NCBI GenBank assembly: GCA_963786935.1 | Contig: CAWBAN010000004.1 | Span: 96,001-160,000, forward strand | DNA from: an uncultured bacterium | GTDB taxonomy: Bacteria; Krumholzibacteriota; Krumholzibacteriia; Krumholzibacteriales; Krumholzibacteriaceae | Reading direction: 5' to 3' | Length of the DNA stretch: 64,000 nucleotides | Part shown: piece by piece, positions 39,130-47,741 of the stretch | How the letters are laid out: every line of letters begins with the position of its first letter | Numbering within the stretch: position 1 is the stretch's first letter | The notes under the pieces: model-generated | What the model saw: the letters and a program-made list of their open reading frames with translations, nothing else | The model's database searches: none | Told to the model about the DNA's origin: nothing | Position numbers and translations under genes: made by a program

Positions 39130-39375
39130 TCCGATACGACGATGCCGGCCTTTTCGGCGAGGCGCACGAGGTCGGCCACCGATTCAGCCTCCATCTTCTG
39201 CATCACGCGGCTCCGGTGCACCTTGATCGTCTTGATCGCCGTGCCGAGCTCGAACGGGATCTGCTTGTTCAGCATCCCCTTGATGGCGCGCTTCATCACT
39301 TCCAGCTCTCTCGGCGTGAGTGCGCCGACGCGTTTCTCCATCTCCTTCTGAAGGTCGATGCCGCTCATGCCCGGA
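39130..39375 (-). pseudogene. FixJ/LuxR-type response regulator remnant
   Basis: Receiver fragment PGMSGIDLQKEM is fused directly to the HTH LTPRELEV...GMLNKQI..ELG..IKTIKVHRSRVMQKM...SVADLVRLA. The N-terminus and the mid-section are missing. Confidence 0.75.
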
Positions 39376-39901
39376 TGATCAGTTCGACGGCAATGAAAGC
39401 GCTTGGCTCAAAACGAGGCGCATGCGATGGGCTCAGCTCATCCGGAAGGTCTGGCAGGAGGATCCGCTCCTTTGTCCCCGCTGCGGAGGGACAATGCGGA
39501 TCATCTCGTTTATCACCGAACAAGGTGTTATCGACAAGATACTTCGGCACATCGGGTTCAAGCACGCCGAAACGCCGCCTCCGCGCTATCATCCTCCGCC
39601 CCAGCTCTGCCGGTCGCCTCTCGGGTGAGCCGGAAACTCCACGCACATGGCTTCATCTTCCCGCCCGCGCCGGGCGAAGCCTGCCCGGGCGGGGCACCCG
39701 CCTTGCACCCCGCGCCTGTTTGTCCGCCCGGGGGGTGATGATTTCTCAGCAGAAGCCGTCGGCGGCTCGATAAAGCCGGCCCGCCAGCGATCCGGAGACA
39801 CCCCCCCAGGGCCCACATGAGCGAAATTGCGTCGGGCTGACCCCGTCCGGCCGCCGCACCGGCCGCGCAAGGATCTTGACACGGAATCGAATTTCCTATA
39901 C
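39376..39901 (+). mobile_element. 3' remnant of an IS91/ISCR-family rolling-circle element including oriIS
   Basis: C-terminal peptide WAQLIRKVWQEDPLLCPRCGGTMRIISFITEQGVIDKILRHIG (stop 39628); terminal GAATCGAATTTCCTATAC resembles IS91/ISCR oriIS ends (..TTCCTATAC). Confidence 0.75.
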
Positions 39902-39904
39902 AAT
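39876..39904 (+). promoter_or_regulatory. Near-consensus sigma-70 promoter straddling the oriIS end
   Basis: TTGACA (39876-39881)-17 nt-TACAAT (39899-39904). Confidence 0.7.
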
Positions 39905-40079
39905 CTTGCACCAACGTCCTGAAAGGTTACTGGGGGGATCCCCGCGCCAGACCTGGAAGCGTATCTGCCCCTTGGTGTCATCTGCACTCCCACCTCTTCC
40001 GCGAGTGGTTCCTTCGTTCCTTTTATTTCCGCATCAAAGCCGGTCACGATTTGTTCCTTCGCAAGAGAAAGGGGTTGCC

Positions 40080-41543
40080 ATGAAGCCATACACGACGGGC
40101 GCAGCTCTTACGGGCACTATGTTTGCGGGTGCTGTCTTTTGCGTGCTCCTCAGCATCCTCTTCCCATCTGTGCCGGCGTGGGGGCAAGAAAGATTGGCGT
40201 TGATGAAGTCCCGAGGACCTGAATTATCCCTTACGATCCTCCCCGTGGTCGTTGTTGGGACTCCCTACGAACGGGTGTCGGAGGTTGTCGGTCTTCTTCT
40301 TGAACAACGGGGACTTAAGAACATGGAGCTTGGGAAGACCGCCTTCGAGCCCGGAGCCGTCGCACAGATGGCGCCGCTCGCTGGCTCCGTCGGTCAGTTC
40401 GTGAAGAAGAGCCCGATTGCCACGGGCTATGCGTTGTACGCGGAGTACACTGGCAATCGTCAGACGGGGATCGACGGAATCCGGGCGATCGTTGTTGACA
40501 GCACTGGTGCAGTTGTGTGGACGGATTCACTGGGGCCGAATGACCAGGCAGCGAAGAACGTTAGTGACCGTGATCCGATGGGCTTTTCCCTCTTGCTGGT
40601 GGAGCGCCTCGGTCCCCAGTTGGGTCTCAACGAAGAAACGGCGAAGGCTGCAAAACCCGGCAAGTTTGCTCGGCTCATGGAAGAAAGAAGCGGACTGCCA
40701 CCCGAAAATGAACGGGCTGCTCTTCTTCAACGGCAGAAAGAGCTGAGAAATCTGAGGAAGAACCTTACATTGATAATCTTTCCGGCCCGGGTGGCTGATG
40801 CGGCCGACACGACAACCGTGACCGAACTCGTCAAGATGATCACCGACGCGGGCCTCTGCAAGGCCGCACCGGCGCCTCAGGCTTTGTTGCTGAAGGCTTC
40901 CCGTGGGGATCCCAATGAATTGAAGGTCCTGTGGGATCTTGCACGGGAGTTCCGTGAGTATGTTCGAAACAATCCACCGACCGCAGACTACGTTCTGTAT
41001 GCAGACTACGGTCTCAATCCGCAGACCCGGGAGGTGGGATTTGTGCATTTCGTTGTCTGCGACAGGAAGGGAGAATGGGTGGTCGTAGATATGCAGAACT
41101 CGCTTCACCCGGACTACCAGAGCGTCAAGCCGACTTCGAGCAAGGGGTGTAGCGCCCTGCTGGTCAAGCGTCTGGGGACCTATCTGAAACTCTCCGCGTC
41201 AGACCTGGTGCGGGAGAAGATTAAGACCTCCGGGATCGAGGCTGCAGTGGCGGCATTTCATGAGGCCCAGGCCAAGCCGGATGTGTACTATGTATCTGAA
41301 CAGGGGATCAACGAACTCGGATACGAATACCTTCAGGCGAAGCGGCACAAGGAAGCGATTGAGGTGTTCGAATTGAACGTCGAGGCTTTTCCGGGGTCGT
41401 TCAATGCATATGACAGCCTGGGAGAAGCATACGCTGCAGCGGGGGAGAAGGATCTGGCCATCAAGAATTATGAAAGGTCTCTGCAGTTGAACCCGAACAG
41501 CCAGGGCGGAATCGAAGCGCTCAAGAGACTAAAGGGGAAATAG
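40080..41543 (+). CDS. Secreted protein with C-terminal TPR and atypical codon usage
   Basis: Signal peptide; TPR INELGYEYL...AIEVFELNVEAFPGSFNAYDSLGEAY...AIKNYERSLQLNP; visibly lower GC than flanking genes. Confidence 0.8.
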   Translation: MKPYTTGAALTGTMFAGAVFCVLLSILFPSVPAWGQERLALMKSRGPELSLTILPVVVVGTPYERVSEVVGLLLEQRGLKNMELGKTAFEPGAVAQMAPLAGSVGQFVKKSPIATGYALYAEYTGNRQTGIDGIRAIVVDSTGAVVWTDSLGPNDQAAKNVSDRDPMGFSLLLVERLGPQLGLNEETAKAAKPGKFARLMEERSGLPPENERAALLQRQKELRNLRKNLTLIIFPARVADAADTTTVTELVKMITDAGLCKAAPAPQALLLKASRGDPNELKVLWDLAREFREYVRNNPPTADYVLYADYGLNPQTREVGFVHFVVCDRKGEWVVVDMQNSLHPDYQSVKPTSSKGCSALLVKRLGTYLKLSASDLVREKIKTSGIEAAVAAFHEAQAKPDVYYVSEQGINELGYEYLQAKRHKEAIEVFELNVEAFPGSFNAYDSLGEAYAAAGEKDLAIKNYERSLQLNPNSQGGIEALKRLKGK

Positions 41544-41577
41544 GACAGCTTGGCGGTCTTTATTCCCCGGGAAAATG

Positions 41578-41621
41578 TAAAGCCACTTATCGATTATGAG
41601 TGACATCGGTAAGTGGCTTTA
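41578..41621. repeat. 17-bp inverted repeat with a 10-nt spacer
   Basis: TAAAGCCACTTATCGAT / ATCGGTAAGTGGCTTTA, one mismatch (G-U compatible). Confidence 0.7.
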
Positions 41622-42136
41622 CTATGTAGGCTTGCGGTGTGCCTGGAACCGGAGCGGATGATGTTGCGAACAACGAAGGGGCCGGGGGGTGGTGGTTAGT
41701 GAGGGAAATGCCCCTATTATGGAGTGTCCCGCGATACCGAGATGGGGAATGCGACTCCTCCCCTCGTGTGTCTTGCCTATGCACCTCCGCGACCGTATAT
41801 TCCCCGCGCACACATCGGCGCCTGATGGCTTCCCGGCCTGAGTGGCGCCGTTCTCCTGTGTCGTCTCCTCGCCATAGAGCCGCCTCGAGGACCCAGCAGG
41901 TCGGAATACCATCGGTGCCTGACTTGCGTGCCAGAGCCGCTTTTCCATCCTGGCAAGCTAGCGCATATTGAGAATTCTAAGCTGGCACTTTAGAAAACTC
42001 AAAGATGATGTTTTGGGCCGCATGGGCGGCACCGACGGGGCCCCTGCCGGGCAGCGCAGCTCGCCCTGCGAGCGAGCACGTGCGGGGTGCAATCGCCGAC
42101 AGAACCCGCGCATCGGGACGGAGGCCGCAGGGCATT

Positions 42137-42210
42137 GGGCGACGGACATTCCCGCGACGAGCGCATTGGAGGCTCTGCGACTGCGCGCGGAGCGGGAATG
42201 TCCGTCGCCT
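42137..42210. repeat. Fourth, inverted copy of the 40-bp REP-like repeat within a hairpin
   Basis: Reverse complement of 42144-42183 is CAGTCGCAGAGCCTCCAATGCGCTCGTCGCGGGAATGTCC; 42137-42155 pairs with 42192-42210. Confidence 0.85.
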
Positions 42211-42217
42211 GCGGGCG

Positions 42218-43375
42218 CTACTTCGCCCGCCCGAGCTCGATCCCCAGCGCCTCGGCCGTCCGCACGAGCTGTCCCTTCGGGTCGACCCGCTTGATCCCGT
42301 GAATCGCCGCCGTGATCGGCACCGATTCGATCCGTCTCCCCTTGAGGCACACCATATGTCCGAATTTCCCCGCGGCGATGAGGTTCACCGCCTCGACGCC
42401 GAAGCGCGTCGCGAGGATCCGGTCGAAGGTCGTCGGCATGCCTCCCCGTTGCAGGTGCCCGAGCACGGCGACGCGCGTCTCGAGGCTCGTGCAGAGGGAT
42501 ATCTTGTCCGCGACCCATTTGGCGATCCCGCCGAGGCGCCCCGGCGTGCCGTCCGCGCCCGGCTGCTTCTCGTAGATCTTCTCTCCGCCGGCGGCGTAGG
42601 CCCCCTCGGCCACGACGACGATGCTGAAGCGGCTCCCCGTGCGTTTGCGTGTTTCGATGTGGTCACAGATCTCGCCGAGGTCGAAGGGGATCTCGGGAAG
42701 GAGGATCACGTCGGCGCCGCCCGCGATTCCCGCCTCGAGGGCGATCCATCCGCAGTCGCGCCCCATGACCTCGAGGACGAGAACGCGGTGGTGGCTCTCC
42801 GCGGTCGTGTGGAGCTTGTCGAGCGCGTCGGTCGCCGTGTTGACGGCGCTGTTGAATCCGAAGGTCACGTCCGTCGCCTCGAGATCGTTGTCGATCGTCT
42901 TCGGGACCCCGACGACTTTCACGCCCTTTTCGAAAAGAGCCTGCGTGATCTTCATCGTTCCGTCGCCGCCGACCGTCACGAGGCAGTCGATCCCGAGCCG
43001 TTTTATGTTCCGGACGATTTCGCCCGAGACGTCCTTGAATACCGTCTTTCCGTTTTCGCGCACCGGATAGTGCAGCGGGTTCCCCCGGTTCGAGGTGCCG
43101 AGGATCGTACCGCCGCGCGCCTGAATGCCGCGCACGTCGTGGGAGTAGAGCATCCGGTGGGCGTCGGTCCTGAGGAGGCCGTCGAATCCGTCCTGAACGC
43201 CGAGCACCTCCCATTGGTGCTCGAGCACGGCCGCCCGCACGACGCCGCGTATGACGGCGTTGAGCCCGGGGCAGTCGCCGCCGCCGGTGAGGATGCCGAT
43301 GCGCTCAATGCCTTTCGCTTCTCGTCCCGCCGGGTTCTTCGCCCGCCCTCGTGCGCTCCGTTTCGTCTTGGCCAT
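42218..43375 (-). CDS. pfkA: 6-phosphofructokinase (PfkA family, group III-like, probably ATP-dependent)
   Basis: LTGGGDCPGLNAVIR, GGTILGTS, GGDGT, PKTIDND, TTAESHHR, EVMGR, LGHLQRGG. Confidence 0.93.
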   Translation of the reverse strand: MAKTKRSARGRAKNPAGREAKGIERIGILTGGGDCPGLNAVIRGVVRAAVLEHQWEVLGVQDGFDGLLRTDAHRMLYSHDVRGIQARGGTILGTSNRGNPLHYPVRENGKTVFKDVSGEIVRNIKRLGIDCLVTVGGDGTMKITQALFEKGVKVVGVPKTIDNDLEATDVTFGFNSAVNTATDALDKLHTTAESHHRVLVLEVMGRDCGWIALEAGIAGGADVILLPEIPFDLGEICDHIETRKRTGSRFSIVVVAEGAYAAGGEKIYEKQPGADGTPGRLGGIAKWVADKISLCTSLETRVAVLGHLQRGGMPTTFDRILATRFGVEAVNLIAAGKFGHMVCLKGRRIESVPITAAIHGIKRVDPKGQLVRTAEALGIELGRAK

Positions 43376-43612
43376 TGAAATATTTCCTTTCGGGCTGCGA
43401 CCGTCGCCTGTAGCATCTTTGCCGCCCATCATATTCATATCGCGATCGTAGTGGTAGGCAAAAAGAGAGGGTTGTATGGTCTTCGATCCTTCGCGGCCCG
43501 GCTCGATTCGCTTATCCGCTGATCGAGAAATCGCCGCAATTCTCGTAAAATCAAACTGTTGCGATTTTCCGCGCCGGGACGCCGCTTTTTCCTCCGCTGC
43601 CCCAATGATTTC

Positions 43613-43641
43613 TTGACGCCGTTTTGGGAATCTGCTATTTT
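43613..43641 (+). promoter_or_regulatory. Sigma-70-type promoter
   Basis: TTGACG-17 nt-TATTTT with extended -10 TG. Confidence 0.5.
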
Positions 43642-43736
43642 TCGCTTTCAAAAAATGCGACTGAGCAGTACATTACTCGGAATTCAGGAATCGCATAGCC
43701 GCACTATCAATCAGGCGAAAGGAGGTGTACCCAACA

Positions 43737-44045
43737 ATGAGGACTATTATTATTCTGTGCCTGGCTCTCTTGATAGCGCTCTCTTTCGGCTGCTCGAAGA
43801 AGAAAGAGGAAGCGCCAAAGACTGAAACGGCCCAGGAGGAAATGAGCAAGGCCGGGCAGATAAGCCCGACTTACGACGTGGTGAGCAAGGAGGAGATCGA
43901 CATTACGACGTCTCCTTACTCGTTCGAGTACAACGGTGTGATCTACTACTTCGCGAACGCCGAGAATATGGAAGCGTTCAAGGCCGATCCGGCGAAGTAT
44001 ATGACACCGACCGATAGCACGATCGCTCCGCCCCAGGGCCAGTAA
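43737..44045 (+). CDS. YHS-like domain lipoprotein
   Basis: AGGAGG RBS, lipobox SFGC, YSFEYNGVIYYFANAENMEAFKADPAKY; lacks the usual YHS Cys residues. Confidence 0.75.
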   Translation: MRTIIILCLALLIALSFGCSKKKEEAPKTETAQEEMSKAGQISPTYDVVSKEEIDITTSPYSFEYNGVIYYFANAENMEAFKADPAKYMTPTDSTIAPPQGQ

Positions 44046-44121
44046 CGGTCTGAAGGCGCGGTGCCGATCCGGAAGACGCGATCCCTATTGCATTATGCGA
44101 GGGGATTGCAGATAGAGAGAT

Positions 44122-44146
44122 AAAGCCCCCACCCGGGGGCTTTTTT
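44122..44146 (+). terminator. Intrinsic terminator
   Basis: AAAGCCCCC-ACCC-GGGGGCTTTTTT. Confidence 0.8.
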
Positions 44147-44312
44147 CATGGGCGCGAAATGCCCCGATGTTCCTCTTTGTTCCTTCTTCGTTCCTGTTTT
44201 GTCGCGTGGCCGATAACTCGTTGAATGTTTAGTGGTTGCCGCGTCCCGTCTCGCCTTTCCCGTTCCCGCCCCGATCCCTCGCAATCATGGAAACGCCCTT
44301 GGTTTCGCGCCT

Positions 44313-44327
44313 TGGAACACCACTTGC
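44313..44327 (+). promoter_or_regulatory. Sigma-54 (-24/-12) promoter candidate of the DUF11 operon
   Basis: TGGAAC-N5-TTGC, with GG and GC separated by exactly 10 nt. Confidence 0.6.
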
Positions 44328-44502
44328 CCCCGCCCGCATCGAGCAAAGTGTCGTTGCGCCTGCCGTCACCGTCGCCTCCCCGGCGACGGTGCGGGGAGAG
44401 CGCCACCATTTCCTTAACGGGTCCTACCAGGAGGGACTGCTTGAATCGTCGCGCACCGGCAACGAAACGCTCTTGGAGGAAAACTGAAGGAGGGATCGGC
44501 AG

Positions 44503-44991
44503 ATGAGAACGTGCCTCACGATGGCGGTTCTTTTCGTGATCCTCGTCGCGGCTTCCGCATCCGCGTTCGGCGGCCCGAACCTCGCCGGAACTATGGAAGC
44601 CCGCAAGATCGTCATGGGAACGGAAAACAAGGAAATCGCGGTCTCGGCCGAACAGGTGAAACCGCAGGACAAGATCGAGTACACGCTGCGCTACCGGAAC
44701 ATCGGCGACGCGTCGGCCTCCGGCGTGAGCCTCGTCGGCCCGATACCGGCAGGCACCGCGTACCTGAACGAGACGGCGACCGAGAGCGATGCCATGCGGC
44801 CGCTCTTCAGCATCGACGGCGGCGCGAGCTTCCATAAGGCGCCCGTCATGTACGTCGTGAAGAACGAAAAGGGAGAAGACGAGCGCAAGGTGGCTACCCC
44901 CGACATGTACACGCACGTCATGTGGAACGTCGCGAGCGCTCTCGAGGTCGACAAGGAAGTGGCGGTCTCCTATCGCGTGCAGGTGAAGTGA
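44503..44991 (+). CDS. Secreted single truncated DUF11-like domain protein (gene A; putative chaperone/cap)
   Basis: Signal peptide; VKPQDKIEYTLRYRNIG, LVGPIPAGTAY, FSIDGG, ends VSYRVQVK. Confidence 0.75.
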   Translation: MRTCLTMAVLFVILVAASASAFGGPNLAGTMEARKIVMGTENKEIAVSAEQVKPQDKIEYTLRYRNIGDASASGVSLVGPIPAGTAYLNETATESDAMRPLFSIDGGASFHKAPVMYVVKNEKGEDERKVATPDMYTHVMWNVASALEVDKEVAVSYRVQVK

Positions 44992-45050
44992 GGAGACCGA
45001 ATAGATAGATGGCAATGCATGGGTTGGACTCAACAAAGGAAGGTGGTCCG

Positions 45051-47741
45051 ATGAGTAAGATTCGGCTCACGGCGGCCCTCGCGCTCGTCGCGCTCTTCGT
45101 CTGCGCTGCCGCGCAGGCGCAGACGCCGGCGGGCACGACGATCCGGAACCAGGCCTCGGCGCGGTTCCAGGATCTCTCGGGCAACTCGTACACCGCGACC
45201 TCGAACGAGGTCATCACGATCGTCCTGCCGGTATACGGCGTTTCGATCCTCCCGGACGACTCGGGGGAGACTCCCCCCGTCACGCCGGCGATGATTCAGA
45301 ACGCCATTCCCGGCCAGACGCTCTACTACAGCTATAACCTGACCAATACGGGTAACGACGCCGACACCTACGCGCTGGCGCCGCTCCTCGACGCCGCCAA
45401 TTCGACGATGACCCTCGGGCTCGGGAGCATCACGATCTACCACGACGTGAACGGCAACGGCGTGCTGGACGGCGGCGAGCCTACGATCTCTTCCGGCGGG
45501 GCGCCGGGGAACCTCGGTCCAATCGCTGCCGGTGCGACAGTGAGTATCCTGGTTTCCTACCAGGTTCCCCCGGCCGCCCTCGCCGGCGAGGTTGCGTACG
45601 TCGGCGTTCAGGGAACCTCCGCCGGAGATCCGGCCCGCATCGATACCCGCAACTACCATATGACGACCGTCGTGAGCGACGCCTCGCTCACCGCGTCGAT
45701 GTCCGGACTCCCGGCGAACGTGAATCCGGGCGCCGTGATCACCTACGCGATCAACGGCTCGAACGTGGGCACGCAGGCGGCCCACGGCGTCCTCGTGGCC
45801 TCCGTCGGTCTCACGGGCGTCTTCATCTATGACGTGCTCCCGACCGATCCGACGACGGGTCTTCCGCTCGCGATCTCCGGCACGCCTTCGGGCTCGCCGG
45901 CGGGCGGGACCGTGTTGTACTTGCCCGCGGGAAGCCCGATGGTCGGCGCTCCCGAGACGTGGGCATGGCAGGCCGTGGCGGGCGCCGGCGACCTCGCCGT
46001 CGCGTACGTCACGAACGGCAATCTCGCGATCGGCCAGTTCTACAACCTGACCTACGACCTCGTCGTACCGTCGACGATGCGCGCCGGCATCATCAACAAC
46101 AGCGGCGCCGTCGCGTACGTGGACAACAATCCGGGCACGCCGGATCCGATCACCGTCACGACGAACAACACGCAGATCACCGTGAACGCGATCGCCAACG
46201 TGCTCGTCGGCCCGTCGGGTCTGCCCGCGGCCGGCACGCCGCCGAACTACGACGACGACATGCAGTCGGTGCCCGTGGCCTACGCGAACACGACCGTGTC
46301 GTTCACGAACACCGTGCGGAACGACGGGAACGCCGCGGACGCGATCAACATCGCGCTCGACGGCGCCTCGACGATTCCCGGGGGATGGAGCGTCCTGTTC
46401 TTCCGGAGCGACGGCGTCACACCGCTCACCGATACCGGAACGGACGGCATTCCCGACGTCGGCGCGCTCAATCCGGGCGCGACGAGAGACTTCATCGTCC
46501 GCATCATCATCCCGGGCGGCGCGAGCGCCGGCGGCCCGTATGACGCCGTCATCCGCGCCAACTCGACGAACAATCCGCTCGAGTCGAACCTGACGACCGA
46601 CCGGATCACGTCGGTGCAGCCCGCGGCCGTCGACATCGGCAACTTCGACGGTCTGCCCGGCACGAACAACGCGACGGTCAACATCAACGCGAATCCAGCC
46701 ACGAACGCCGACTTCGCTCTCGACGTGATCAACACGGCTGGCTCGGCGGACAACTATTCGCTCACCTCGACCGCTCCGGCGGGCTGGACCGTGACGTACT
46801 TCAACGACGCGAACGGCAACGGCCTCCTCGATCTGCCCGAGCTCGCCCCGATCGCCGGCATCGGCCCGGTGGCGGCAGGCAGCGAGGCGCACGTCATCGC
46901 GCGCGTGGCGGTTCCCGTCGGGGTCGGCCCCGGCGTGAACAACGTCGTCTTCCGCGCGACCTCGACGAACAACGGCGCGATATTCGACCAGATCACGGAC
47001 ACCGTGACGATTCTCGCCACGCCGTCCGTCGATATCGCTCCGAACCGCAACGGAACGGGCACCGCCGGCGGCACGGTTCGTTACCAGCACACGGTGACGA
47101 ACACCGGCAACGTCGACGACACGTTCCTGCTGAGCGCCGTGAGCTCCAACGGATGGAGCTACGCGTTCTTCGATCTCGCGAACAACGCGATTGCGGCGGT
47201 CAACCTCGTCGCCGGCGCGTCCCAGGACGTCGTCGTGCAGATTTCGATCCCGGGCGGCGTGCCGAACGGAACGATCGAGACCGGCACGGTCCGCGTCACG
47301 GGGAGCGGCACGGGCGCGACCGACGCGGTCACCGACGTCACGACGATCGTGGCCGGTAACCTCGTGCTCGTGAAGTCGGTCAATCCGGCCGGCGCGCAGC
47401 TGCCGGGCACCGAGCTCACGTACCGGACCGATTATTCGAACGTGGGCACCGCGGATCTCACCGCGATCGCCATCTACGACGCGATTCCCGCGTGGACCCA
47501 GTATCGCGTCGGCTCCGCCACCGTCGGGACTCTCGCGGCCGGCATCACCGGTATCGCGATCGAGTTCTCGAACGACGGCGGCGCGACGTGGACCTACACG
47601 CCGGTGAGCGGCGGCGGCGGCGCCCCGGCGAACTTCGACGCCGGTGTCACGAACGTCCGCTGGACGCTGACCGGCAATCTGGCCGGCGGCAGCGGCACGG
47701 CCGACGGCGTCGGCTTCATCGTAAGGATCGTCGCCGAATAA
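45051..47741 (+). CDS. Secreted multi-Ig/DUF11 repeat protein (gene B; putative shaft pilin)
   Basis: Signal peptide; N-terminal TPAGTTIRNQA...SNEV; repeated N(T/D)GN..D domains; DxNGNG loops; C-terminal LVKSV...PGTELTY...YDAIP domain. Confidence 0.8.
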   Translation: MSKIRLTAALALVALFVCAAAQAQTPAGTTIRNQASARFQDLSGNSYTATSNEVITIVLPVYGVSILPDDSGETPPVTPAMIQNAIPGQTLYYSYNLTNTGNDADTYALAPLLDAANSTMTLGLGSITIYHDVNGNGVLDGGEPTISSGGAPGNLGPIAAGATVSILVSYQVPPAALAGEVAYVGVQGTSAGDPARIDTRNYHMTTVVSDASLTASMSGLPANVNPGAVITYAINGSNVGTQAAHGVLVASVGLTGVFIYDVLPTDPTTGLPLAISGTPSGSPAGGTVLYLPAGSPMVGAPETWAWQAVAGAGDLAVAYVTNGNLAIGQFYNLTYDLVVPSTMRAGIINNSGAVAYVDNNPGTPDPITVTTNNTQITVNAIANVLVGPSGLPAAGTPPNYDDDMQSVPVAYANTTVSFTNTVRNDGNAADAINIALDGASTIPGGWSVLFFRSDGVTPLTDTGTDGIPDVGALNPGATRDFIVRIIIPGGASAGGPYDAVIRANSTNNPLESNLTTDRITSVQPAAVDIGNFDGLPGTNNATVNINANPATNADFALDVINTAGSADNYSLTSTAPAGWTVTYFNDANGNGLLDLPELAPIAGIGPVAAGSEAHVIARVAVPVGVGPGVNNVVFRATSTNNGAIFDQITDTVTILATPSVDIAPNRNGTGTAGGTVRYQHTVTNTGNVDDTFLLSAVSSNGWSYAFFDLANNAIAAVNLVAGASQDVVVQISIPGGVPNGTIETGTVRVTGSGTGATDAVTDVTTIVAGNLVLVKSVNPAGAQLPGTELTYRTDYSNVGTADLTAIAIYDAIPAWTQYRVGSATVGTLAAGITGIAIEFSNDGGATWTYTPVSGGGGAPANFDAGVTNVRWTLTGNLAGGSGTADGVGFIVRIVAE

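Noticed and set aside
41622..41971. Short ORFs on both strands at the island edge
   Set aside because: No RBS, motif or coding-like composition that I can support.
44050..44110. tRNA or other structured RNA gene after the YHS lipoprotein
   Set aside because: Only a simple hairpin; no cloverleaf, T-loop or CCA end.
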